DNA from: Pyrodictium delaneyi
Lineage (GTDB): Archaea; Thermoproteota; Thermoprotei_A; Sulfolobales; Pyrodictiaceae
Reading direction: 5' to 3'
NCBI RefSeq assembly: GCF_001412615.1
Contig: NZ_CP013011.1
Location: 570,001 to 602,000, forward strand
DNA length: 32,000 bases
The notes under the pieces were generated by a model that did no database searches, was not told the origin of the DNA, and saw nothing but the letters and a program-made list of their open reading frames with translations. This document shows positions 16,822-24,131 of the stretch, in pieces. Numbering within the stretch: the first letter of the stretch is position 1; each line of letters opens with the position of its first letter. The position numbers and the translations under genes were made by a program.

Positions 16822-17769
16822 ATGTATGGGGGCGGGGAGGCGATGGGGTTAGCCGACCTCTACGTGTCTAGGGCACCGCTATACTTCGGCGGTGTAGAGG
16901 CAGAACCCGAGAGAGCGGATCTGCTAGTATTAGGAGCACCTTACGATGCAACATCGAGTTATCGGCCAGGTTCTCGATTTGCTCCGAGAGCTATACGTGA
17001 AGCAGCTGCTAACATAGAATTTTACTCTCTCCGGGCAGGGATAGACCTAGAAGACTACAAAATAGCCGATCTAGGCGACGTGGTGCTTCCAGTAAGTCCT
17101 CAAGAGGCTACGAGAAGACTCGAAGTTGTGGTCACGGATCTTATAGACAGATATCCAGAAAAGCTCACGGCAGTACTAGGAGGGGAACATAGTATAACTC
17201 TTGGCGTTTTCAAAGCGCTGGCCAAGCGCGTCAAAGAACCTTGTCTACTAGTTGCTGATGCACATTTCGACCTCAGAAGCGAGTATATGGAGGAACAGTA
17301 CAGCCATGCTAGTGTTATGAGAAGGATAGCTGAGACGTTTGGAAGTGATCGCATCTTCTATATTGGGGTAAGAGCGTTTGCAAAAGAAGAGCTAGAATTT
17401 GCTAGGAATAAACAGATAGAATACATCACTAGTAGTGCAGCTAGACTGTTGGGTACGAGGGAGGTAATCAGCCGAGTAAATCGGTGGATAAAGAGGATAG
17501 GATGTGAAAACTTGTATGTAAGCATCGATATGGATGTGTATGATCCTGCTTATGCACCAGGTGTAGCAAACCCTGAACCAGAAGGGCTAGAGCCCTGGAT
17601 GCTACTAGATATAGTGTTCCGTGTGGTAAAAGAGGCTGATGTTGAGCTGAAGCTGTTCGATGTGGTGGAGACATCACCACCATATGACTGTGGGGGAGTG
17701 ACGTCAGTCTTGGCAGCCAAGACCCTGCTTGAGGTGTTTGCAGCGTATATAGCTAGGAGGATGAGTTGA
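16822..17769 (+). CDS. speB: Agmatinase (ureohydrolase/arginase family)
   Basis: LVLGAPYDATSSYRPGSRFAPRAIREAA, GGEHSITLG, DAHFDLR and SIDMDVYDPAYAPGV are Mn-binding ureohydrolase motifs. ATG 16843 is an alternative start. Confidence 0.9.
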   Translation: MYGGGEAMGLADLYVSRAPLYFGGVEAEPERADLLVLGAPYDATSSYRPGSRFAPRAIREAAANIEFYSLRAGIDLEDYKIADLGDVVLPVSPQEATRRLEVVVTDLIDRYPEKLTAVLGGEHSITLGVFKALAKRVKEPCLLVADAHFDLRSEYMEEQYSHASVMRRIAETFGSDRIFYIGVRAFAKEELEFARNKQIEYITSSAARLLGTREVISRVNRWIKRIGCENLYVSIDMDVYDPAYAPGVANPEPEGLEPWMLLDIVFRVVKEADVELKLFDVVETSPPYDCGGVTSVLAAKTLLEVFAAYIARRMS

Positions 17770-17785
17770 AATGAGGCGATGTCGG

Positions 17786-17989
17786 TTAGATGGCTTTAAC
17801 TATTTTGCGGCCCGGCGGTCTAACTTTGTATACGACGCGATAGCCGCAATAGGGGCACTTAATACTAGGCATGTACTCTAGGTCGAGTGCTGTAAACTCC
17901 ATACCGCAGCGGCCACATTTATAACGTATCATAGCCTTATCTTCTATGACTCCAAACTCGTCCTCTCCCCTAGGCTCGTAGAGCGCCAC
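17786..17989 (-). CDS. rpoP: DNA-directed RNA polymerase subunit P (Rpo12/RpoP zinc ribbon)
   Basis: MIRYKCGRCGMEFTALDLEYMPSIKCPYCGYRVVYKVRPPGRKIVKAI aligns end to end with the remembered 48-aa Sulfolobus RpoP. The conserved core starts at ATG 17932. The ORF carries 19 extra in-frame codons back to ATG 17989, which is the better distance from the CTTATAAG box at 18031-18038. Confidence 0.85.
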   Translation of the reverse strand: MALYEPRGEDEFGVIEDKAMIRYKCGRCGMEFTALDLEYMPSIKCPYCGYRVVYKVRPPGRKIVKAI

Positions 17990-18124
17990 AGCTTGCTCGC
18001 CCGGAGGCTACGTACTCCGCACGCGAAATCCTTATAAGAATAGCCCTCGGTGTCTGGCTAACGGAGAGCTTACAGAAAAGAGATAGGCATAAGGGGAAAA
18101 GCTAGAGGAAGGGATGTGTACTCC

Positions 18125-18436
18125 ATGAGTGGGGATCTATCCTCCCTATGTGGTGGTCTTCCGCCAGAACTCTGCGAGCAGCTTGCTAGAGAACAGCAGG
18201 TAATCAAGATAAAGCTCGAGAAGCGTCGTTATGGCCGTGAAGTAACAATAATAGAAGGCCTTGACGAGCGCGATGTTGACTTGAAGAAGCTTGCGTCACA
18301 GCTTAAGTCTAGGCTCGCGACTGGGGGAACTTACAAGAATGGGCGAATAGAACTGCAGGGAGATCACAGGCATCGGGTCAAGGAAATTCTCATAGAGATG
18401 GGGTTCCCTGAAGAGAACATAATAATAGTAGAGTAA
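18125..18436 (+). CDS. sui1: Translation initiation factor aIF1 (SUI1)
   Basis: [39 protein letters not shown]...[33 protein letters not shown] is the canonical SUI1 domain. The ORF is also open from GTG 18116. Confidence 0.92.
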   Translation: MSGDLSSLCGGLPPELCEQLAREQQVIKIKLEKRRYGREVTIIEGLDERDVDLKKLASQLKSRLATGGTYKNGRIELQGDHRHRVKEILIEMGFPEENIIIVE

Positions 18437-18515
18437 AGTTCCTCCTACCATCCACCGATGGGTAACAGATATTCGGCCATATTATGTTCCACGCCTCCTC
18501 CGAACAACTCTATTT

Positions 18516-19109
18516 CTAACCCTTCATGTAAAGTGTCAATGCGGAAATTATAGTGGCTATAGGCTTTTCAAGCATGAGTGTTTCGAAGAGATCAGGGGTT
18601 ACTGGACCGATTAAAAGTGCTATATAAGCCGCGGTTTCAAGCCAGGAATTTGCCTGTCTAAATGTTATACCTTTAATCCAGTATAGTTTCTTTGCTAAGC
18701 TGATGTAGGAGCTATATAGTGTGTAAAGGTCCGTAATGTCTGGTGTATACTGTGGCTCGTTCGCGGATGTCATGTAGACTAGGTGTAGGCTTAACCAGAG
18801 GGTTTGAAGAGCTTTTGCTGCCTCTATGTATGTTCCTGGAAGAAGAATGTTAAAACCTCCAGTCTCTTCATCTACTTCTGTCCATTCGGCTCCTATCTCC
18901 GATAGATAGTGGTAGAGGTTCCTACGTAAGCTCTCTAGTGTCTGTGCATATTTTCCTTCGAGGCTTTCTCCTGCTAGTTTTTCTATGGGCCAGGCTGTAA
19001 GAGCCCATGCGCTGTTCTTTGAGTACATGCGGGTCAGGTAGTATATTGCTACAGATTTGAGCTTGTTGAACTCGTTCTCTGCGTTGGCATATTGTTCTAT
19101 GGGCTTCAT
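18516..19109 (-). CDS. Hypothetical protein (no recognisable family; hydrophobic C-terminal segments)
   Basis: An uninterrupted 197-aa ORF with an ATG start, convergent with sui1. G+C is below the window average. No motif recognised. Confidence 0.5.
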   Translation of the reverse strand: MKPIEQYANAENEFNKLKSVAIYYLTRMYSKNSAWALTAWPIEKLAGESLEGKYAQTLESLRRNLYHYLSEIGAEWTEVDEETGGFNILLPGTYIEAAKALQTLWLSLHLVYMTSANEPQYTPDITDLYTLYSSYISLAKKLYWIKGITFRQANSWLETAAYIALLIGPVTPDLFETLMLEKPIATIISALTLYMKG

Positions 19110-19219
19110 ATTCCGTGTTTCCTCTGCCGAGGCAGGGTGTACAGAGCTTTTATAGTATGATGGGGCGGTGTCACCCGATAGTAAAAGATTTAAATGAGGC
19201 CCTCGGAATAGGATGGATG

Positions 19220-19277
19220 GGGCTTTAAGGGTTTCGGGGGCAAGCCCTGGCGGGCTAGCTTCCCCCGGGGGCCCGCC
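19220..19277 (+). other. Two adjacent GC-rich hairpins in the tfb upstream region (structured 5' leader or small RNA)
   Basis: GGGCTT (19220-19225) pairs with AAGCCC (19242-19247). GGCGGGC (19249-19255) pairs with GCCCGCC (19271-19277). The segment lies between a TATA-like AAAGATTTAAAT (about 19183-19194) and the TTG start at 19301. Confidence 0.35.
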
Positions 19278-19300
19278 CTATAGCTACTAGGTGGCAGGCC

Positions 19301-20236
19301 TTGGTAGTCGAGGAGTATATTGAAAAGGCCTCGGGGGATAGGGAGGAGAAGTGTCCGCCGGAATATATCGTGTTTGATGAGGAGCGTGGTGAGTATATCT
19401 GTACGCTCACCGGCGAAGTGGTTGAGGAGACTGTTATAGACACTGGTCCCGAGTGGAGAGCCTACACGCCCGAGGAGAAGACACGCAGGAGCCGTGTCGG
19501 TAGCCCTCTAACACATACGCTCCCCGACTACGGTATACTAACCACCATATCCGGGTACCGGGATGCGACCGGACGCAAGCTAGAGGCACGTCTCCGTATA
19601 GAGGCAAGCCGTCTACGTAGGCTCCAGGCCAAGCTCCGTGCAACCACAAGCATAGAGAAGAACATAGAGCAAGCTGCCCGCGAGATAACACGTCTAGTCG
19701 AGGCACTCAATCTGCCTCGCAGTATAATTGATACCGCTATGATGATCTATAGGCAGGCTGCGGAGAAGGGTCTAGTACGCGGGCGTAGTCTCGAATCTAT
19801 GGCTGCTGCAGCAGTTTATGCGGCTTGTAGGATCCGCGGCATACCGCGCGGCATAGACGATATATCTGAAATGGTCAAGGGTGGTCGTAAAGAGGTAGCC
19901 CGGTGCTATAGACTAATAGTGCGTGAGCTTAAGCTACGTATGCCTATAGTAGACCCGGTGCGCTATGTATCTAGAATTACATCTGCTCTACGCCTTAGCC
20001 CTGCGGTCGAACGGCGTGCAGCAGAGATACTCATGCAAGCGCGTCGGATGGGACTAACCGCTGGTAAGGACCCTGCAGGACTAGCTGCTGCAGCTATATA
20101 TATAGCAGCATTAGAGCTTGGAGAGAGACGCACACAAAAAGAGATAGCAGCAGCGGCTGGTGTAACTGAGGTAACTGTGCGTAACCGCTACAAAGAACTC
20201 GTTCAAAGACTCAACATCCCTCTACCGGCCCAGTAA
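19301..20236 (+). CDS. tfb: Transcription initiation factor B (TFB/TFIIB)
   Basis: CPPEYIVFDEERGEYICTLTGEVVEETVIDTGPEWRAY is the ribbon/B-reader region, followed by two cyclin-fold repeats (GRSLESMAAAAVYAACR, GKDPAGLAAAAIYIAA) and a C-terminal HTH, AAAAGVTEVTVRNRYKEL. The start is TTG, preceded by a GGTG SD-like motif. An in-frame stop lies at 19256. Confidence 0.93.
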   Translation: MVVEEYIEKASGDREEKCPPEYIVFDEERGEYICTLTGEVVEETVIDTGPEWRAYTPEEKTRRSRVGSPLTHTLPDYGILTTISGYRDATGRKLEARLRIEASRLRRLQAKLRATTSIEKNIEQAAREITRLVEALNLPRSIIDTAMMIYRQAAEKGLVRGRSLESMAAAAVYAACRIRGIPRGIDDISEMVKGGRKEVARCYRLIVRELKLRMPIVDPVRYVSRITSALRLSPAVERRAAEILMQARRMGLTAGKDPAGLAAAAIYIAALELGERRTQKEIAAAAGVTEVTVRNRYKELVQRLNIPLPAQ

Positions 20237-20253
20237 CCTGTCCTGTCCTCGCA

Positions 20254-20259
20254 TTTTTT
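20254..20259 (+). terminator. Oligo-T tract downstream of tfb (archaeal intrinsic-terminator-like)
   Basis: A T6 run lies 18 nt after the tfb TAA stop (20234-20236). Archaeal RNAP terminates at oligo-T tracts. Confidence 0.4.
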
Positions 20260-20685
20260 AAAGTATATCTGCATAACTGAGTTTTCTATAGTTTGTAAAT
20301 ATTTGTCTAATGAAGGAGCCGCTTATAGACTACTAGCTACATCGCCGTCTGAATCTAGTATTGGTACCATTATGATAATTATCAATTTTTGTTATAACGA
20401 TGTGTTCTGGTTTGAGGCTAGCCCGAAGCGCTTTGGCCCAACTTCTAAAATATATCTATGTCTATGGTGCAAAGGTGTATCGTTGTCATATTGCGTTACC
20501 CAATTGGATGTGTTGAAGAAGTCGATTGCATGTGTAGCCGAAAAATTCTGGGTGCTCTAAGTGGTGTGTATTAGCAGTTACTCCGGTCTAGCCAGCAATC
20601 AGTTGTAAAAATAGGCTCATTAAGTCGTTAACTAGTAGGGTGTGGATTTGTACTAAGTTTTTAGGATTTATGTGGACTGATCGTA

Positions 20686-21210
20686 ATGCACAGCAACAAA
20701 GTTACTGCGGAGTCCAACATACATGAGCTAGCCGAGCGTATACAGCGTGAGATATGCCGTCACGCGCCAGGGCTAGCTACGATACTTAATGTACACTCTT
20801 GGAAACGGTATGGTGTAGACTTTGCAAGGCTCTTACTAGCCTCGCCATCTAAGGCGTACAAGCTACTAATTGATGTGTATGGCAATGATCGTGGTCACTT
20901 GTTGGCAGAGTCAGTAATAGCTAAGCCTCTCGCAACAGTAGCTAAGCCGAAACAAAGCTATCGTGTAATATTAAGGCTTGTAGAAGAGGGGAAAGATGAA
21001 GAAATACATATGATGCTTGGTATACGTGCTCAAGCCCCTAATTCTCGCCGTGGACGGAAGGTTGCTGGAACTTTAGCTCAGGAAGGTATTACTCTTGGTG
21101 AGGCTCTCTCATGTGCTGTGTTGATAGAAAAACTATTCGCTAGTATATATAGGAAGTTTGCAGCGTGTGTTACTGGTATGGCGGGTATGGTTTTTTGCTT
21201 ATATAGCTGA
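20686..21210 (+). CDS. Hypothetical protein: unknown N-terminal domain plus first helix of a ferritin/rubrerythrin-like four-helix bundle (probably the 5' part of a frameshifted gene)
   Basis: The C-terminal EALSCAVLIEKLFASIYRKFAA resembles helix 1 of ferritin-like domains. The ORF ends 12 nt after a T6 run (21191-21196), and the remainder of the domain continues in the +1 frame. Confidence 0.5.
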   Translation: MHSNKVTAESNIHELAERIQREICRHAPGLATILNVHSWKRYGVDFARLLLASPSKAYKLLIDVYGNDRGHLLAESVIAKPLATVAKPKQSYRVILRLVEEGKDEEIHMMLGIRAQAPNSRRGRKVAGTLAQEGITLGEALSCAVLIEKLFASIYRKFAACVTGMAGMVFCLYS

Positions 21211-21598
21211 TGAGAGTGTTGTACACTCCAGAATTCTTGCATCCATCGCTGCAAGCCTTGGAATAATAGTTGATGAAAACATATGTCCTATAGAGCCAGG
21301 CGGATTCGTAGACAGGCTACAGGAAATTGATAGGCAGCTTGCACGCGGATGTCTTAAAAAAGATGAGTTCTCTAAAGTGCTTTGCTTCCTAGCTTCCAAG
21401 GAAGAAATTGTAGGCGAGGAAGACTACATGAGAGTACTCGTGCGAGAACTTAGAAAAGTAGTTGGTGATAAAACCTTTGATATGCTAGAGGCGGTTCTTG
21501 CATCCATAGTCCGTGATGAAAAGAACCACGCAGTAATGGTACGTCGGGTCTACGAGAGGTTATACTCTGGTAAATCTGTTGGTCTGTATGGTACTTAA
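21158..21598 (+). CDS. Ferritin/rubrerythrin-like domain protein (helices 2-4; probably the 3' part of a frameshifted gene)
   Basis: Helix-2-like FAYIADESVVHSRILASIA. EEIVGEEDYMRVLVREL plus LEAVLASIVRDEKNHAVMVRRV forms an E...EXXH pair. It overlaps the previous ORF by 53 nt and has only a TTG start. Confidence 0.5.
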   Translation: MQRVLLVWRVWFFAYIADESVVHSRILASIAASLGIIVDENICPIEPGGFVDRLQEIDRQLARGCLKKDEFSKVLCFLASKEEIVGEEDYMRVLVRELRKVVGDKTFDMLEAVLASIVRDEKNHAVMVRRVYERLYSGKSVGLYGT

Positions 21599-21774
21599 CC
21601 TTTCTAAATAGTACTGAAGATAGCATATCGTGTACGTAGCAATATATTATTACAGCAAGTTCAGCTGTAGCCAACAATACTTCGTTATATTACTATTAAG
21701 TTGATGTATCAGAATTAGGTCTGTGAAGGGTAAACTGTTAATCTATAGACCTTTCAACCTGGCTGCGCTGGGGG

Positions 21775-23472
21775 TTGAACGTGGTCGAGGCGGGGGATAT
21801 ACGCAGGGAGAGGTTTCTCCGTGAACCAGTAGTAGAGTCCAAGGGCGAACTTAAGCATTGGATAGATGCACTGGTAGACTGGTTAGAGGAGCGCTTTAAG
21901 GCCAGAAGTAAAGACGTGTATGTAGTCAATGGTGGACTCTCGGTTTCAGGCCTCCAACATGTCGGTAGACTTCGCGGCGAAGTCGTAATTCCGGAGGTAG
22001 TCCGCCGTATACTAGAATCCCGTGGGCTCCAAGTACGCCAGTACCTAACCCTTTACACGCAGGACGCGTGGAAGGGTAAGGAGAGCCAGCGTCGTGCATT
22101 CTCGGATCCAGAATCAGCAAAGAGGTATACGGGTTGGCCCCTTGTACGTGTGCCAGATCCCAAGGGCGAGTTGCCGAGCTGGATAGACCGGTTCTGGGCC
22201 GACTTCGGCCCTTACATAAAGGATTTCACCGATGGCAAGGTCGAGGTAGTGACAACCACGGACATGTATCGTGGCAAGCTTCTCGAGTTCGTCAAGCTCT
22301 CTATAGCCAGGCGTGAGGAGATAAGACAGATAGTAAACAAATACCGTGGCCGTAAGCCATATCCGCCAGGCTGGATTCCCTTTGAGCCGCGGTGCCAGAA
22401 CTGTAGCAGAATAGACACTACAGAAGCCCTCGAAGTAGACTTTGAAAACGAAAGGGTGCGTTACCGCTGCCGTGGCTGCGGCCACGAGGGCTGGGCGCCC
22501 TTATGGGACGGCAAGCTCAACTGGCGTATAGAGTGGGTAGGTGTCTGGTGGGCACTAGGTGTAGACTTTGAGCCCTATGGCAAGGATCATGCAACTCCAG
22601 GTGGTAGTCGGGACAGTGCTAACGAATTAGCAGTAAAGGTCTACGGAATTATGCCACCCGAAGGACTACCGTACGAGTGGGTGTCCCTCAAGACGCGTAG
22701 CGGAGAGTCAGACATGAGCAGCAGCGACTTCATAGGATTCACTCCACGTGAATGGCTGGAAGTAGCCCATCCCGAGGTACTCCGATTCCTCATACTCCGA
22801 ACACCACCGATGAGGAAGCTAAGCCTAGGACTCCGCGAGATACCACTCTACTACGACCAGTACTACCGTGCCGAACGTGTATACTATAGGGTCGAGTCTA
22901 CGGGAAGACGCGAAGAGGACATCCTGCTCTCCCGGAGCTATGAGCTAAGTTATACTCGCGGCAAGCCGCCGAGCACTATGCCGGCCCAGCCGCCCTACAC
23001 CCACATTGCTATATTAGCACAAATACTTCCCGAAGAACTATGGGAGAGCGAGGCTCCGCGTAGACTACAGCGCAGCGGCCACCTCCCAGAGAAGCCCTCA
23101 GACTTTGACCTTGAGCGAATCCGCAGTCTACTACCCAGAGCCAAGCGGTGGGCCGAACTTTATGCGCCAGAATATATGAGGATAAAGATACTCAAAGAGT
23201 TGCCCCAGGAAATACTCGAACAGATACCGGCTGAAATACGCGAGAAACTCCGCGGTCTTGGAGACGCATTGGCGGTGCTTACAGAATGGAATGAGGATGC
23301 AATAAAGCAGGCTATGATAGAATATACTCGTGGATGGGATAGCAAGGAGCGAAAAACATTCTACCGTTACTTCTACATGATATTCGTAGGGCGGGAGAGC
23401 GGGCCTCGGGCAGCACCATTGCTCTCATTGCTCGACAGAGAGTTTGTTGTTGAGCGGCTTAGGAGTGTTTAG
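21775..23472 (+). CDS. lysK: Lysine--tRNA ligase, class I (LysK)
   Basis: HWIDALVDWL, GLSVSGLQHVGRLRGE (HIGH-equivalent), the Zn knuckles CQNCSRID...YRCRGCGHEG, FEPYGKDHATPGGS and the MSSS loop all match the class I LysRS layout. The start is TTG. Confidence 0.88.
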   Translation: MNVVEAGDIRRERFLREPVVESKGELKHWIDALVDWLEERFKARSKDVYVVNGGLSVSGLQHVGRLRGEVVIPEVVRRILESRGLQVRQYLTLYTQDAWKGKESQRRAFSDPESAKRYTGWPLVRVPDPKGELPSWIDRFWADFGPYIKDFTDGKVEVVTTTDMYRGKLLEFVKLSIARREEIRQIVNKYRGRKPYPPGWIPFEPRCQNCSRIDTTEALEVDFENERVRYRCRGCGHEGWAPLWDGKLNWRIEWVGVWWALGVDFEPYGKDHATPGGSRDSANELAVKVYGIMPPEGLPYEWVSLKTRSGESDMSSSDFIGFTPREWLEVAHPEVLRFLILRTPPMRKLSLGLREIPLYYDQYYRAERVYYRVESTGRREEDILLSRSYELSYTRGKPPSTMPAQPPYTHIAILAQILPEELWESEAPRRLQRSGHLPEKPSDFDLERIRSLLPRAKRWAELYAPEYMRIKILKELPQEILEQIPAEIREKLRGLGDALAVLTEWNEDAIKQAMIEYTRGWDSKERKTFYRYFYMIFVGRESGPRAAPLLSLLDREFVVERLRSV

Positions 23473-23486
23473 GAATACATAACTCC

Positions 23487-23530
23487 TAATATCTTTAACG
23501 GGCGTTAGTTAACGAGCGTTAAAGATATTA
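23487..23530. promoter_or_regulatory. 44-bp palindrome built from two tandem TTAACG-N2-CGTTA(A) units; candidate operator and/or lysK terminator hairpin
   Basis: TAATATCTTTAACG (23487-23500) is the exact reverse complement of CGTTAAAGATATTA (23517-23530). The inner 16 nt contain CGTTA-GT-TAACG. The right arm overlaps the TATA-like AAAGATATTA, which starts about 60 nt upstream of the regulator ATG at 23582. Confidence 0.5.
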
Positions 23531-23581
23531 ACTCTACCTTATTCTAAGACCTACAACAGGGTTCAAGTCCCTAGGAGGTGT

Positions 23582-23998
23582 ATGCTTTTGCAGCCTCTAA
23601 CCCGTTCAGGGGTAACTCCGTGGTATAAGGCTGAGACAGCAAGGCCTGTGGTCCGTGCAAACGCTGCTCGCCTCAAGTGTATTCTGAAGTGCGCCTTCTC
23701 TCTAAATGAAGAGGAGGCACAAGTACTTGCATATCTTGTAAGTCGCAGTCGCGGTGCAATCGCCAAAGACATTGCAGAAGCCCTGGATCGTAATCCCGAG
23801 GTTGTGCGTCGTGCACTCCGGAGTCTTCACTCGAAGTCCCTTGTAATCCGAAGACCGTACCCCCTGAGACGTGGCGGCAGAGCGTATCTCTATGAGGTGC
23901 CAGACAATATTGTAACTGCTCTGACAGAGATCTGTAGCAAGGTCAGCGAAGTAATAGAAATGATTAACAGTAATAGACGTGGTAATGAAGGGAGCTAG
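23582..23998 (+). CDS. Winged-helix (TrmB/MarR-like) transcriptional regulator
   Basis: LNEEEAQVLAYLVSRSRGAIAKDIAEALDRNPEVVRRALRSLHSKSLVIRRPYPLRRGGRAYLYEV is a typical archaeal wHTH with wing. A GGAGGTG SD motif ends 2 nt upstream of the ATG. Confidence 0.7.
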   Translation: MLLQPLTRSGVTPWYKAETARPVVRANAARLKCILKCAFSLNEEEAQVLAYLVSRSRGAIAKDIAEALDRNPEVVRRALRSLHSKSLVIRRPYPLRRGGRAYLYEVPDNIVTALTEICSKVSEVIEMINSNRRGNEGS

Positions 23999-24131
23999 GT
24001 TTGTCGCCTTTTTCATCCATGGATAGCTCTTGTGCACTGATGTAGCGGTCTTGCTAGGTGAAGCTAGATCTTAACTATACTTGCTAAAATGATAGTTGTA
24101 TAAAAGAATAAGGTACATCTAGGACTCTACA

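Noticed and set aside
19349-19420. The TFB zinc ribbon appears degenerate: only two Cys in KCPPEY...YICTLTGEV instead of CxxC...CxxC.
   Set aside because: As far as I recall, Sulfolobus TFB has the same [23 protein letters not shown] arrangement. This is therefore probably a normal crenarchaeal feature rather than a novelty. This is from memory and was not verified.
20303-20560. 85-aa ORF in the AT-rich tract downstream of tfb
   Set aside because: It has a TTG start, an odd composition (Cys/Trp/Phe-rich) and no motif, and it sits in roughly 35-40% GC DNA where random ORFs are expected. It is retained only as part of the low-GC-flank finding.
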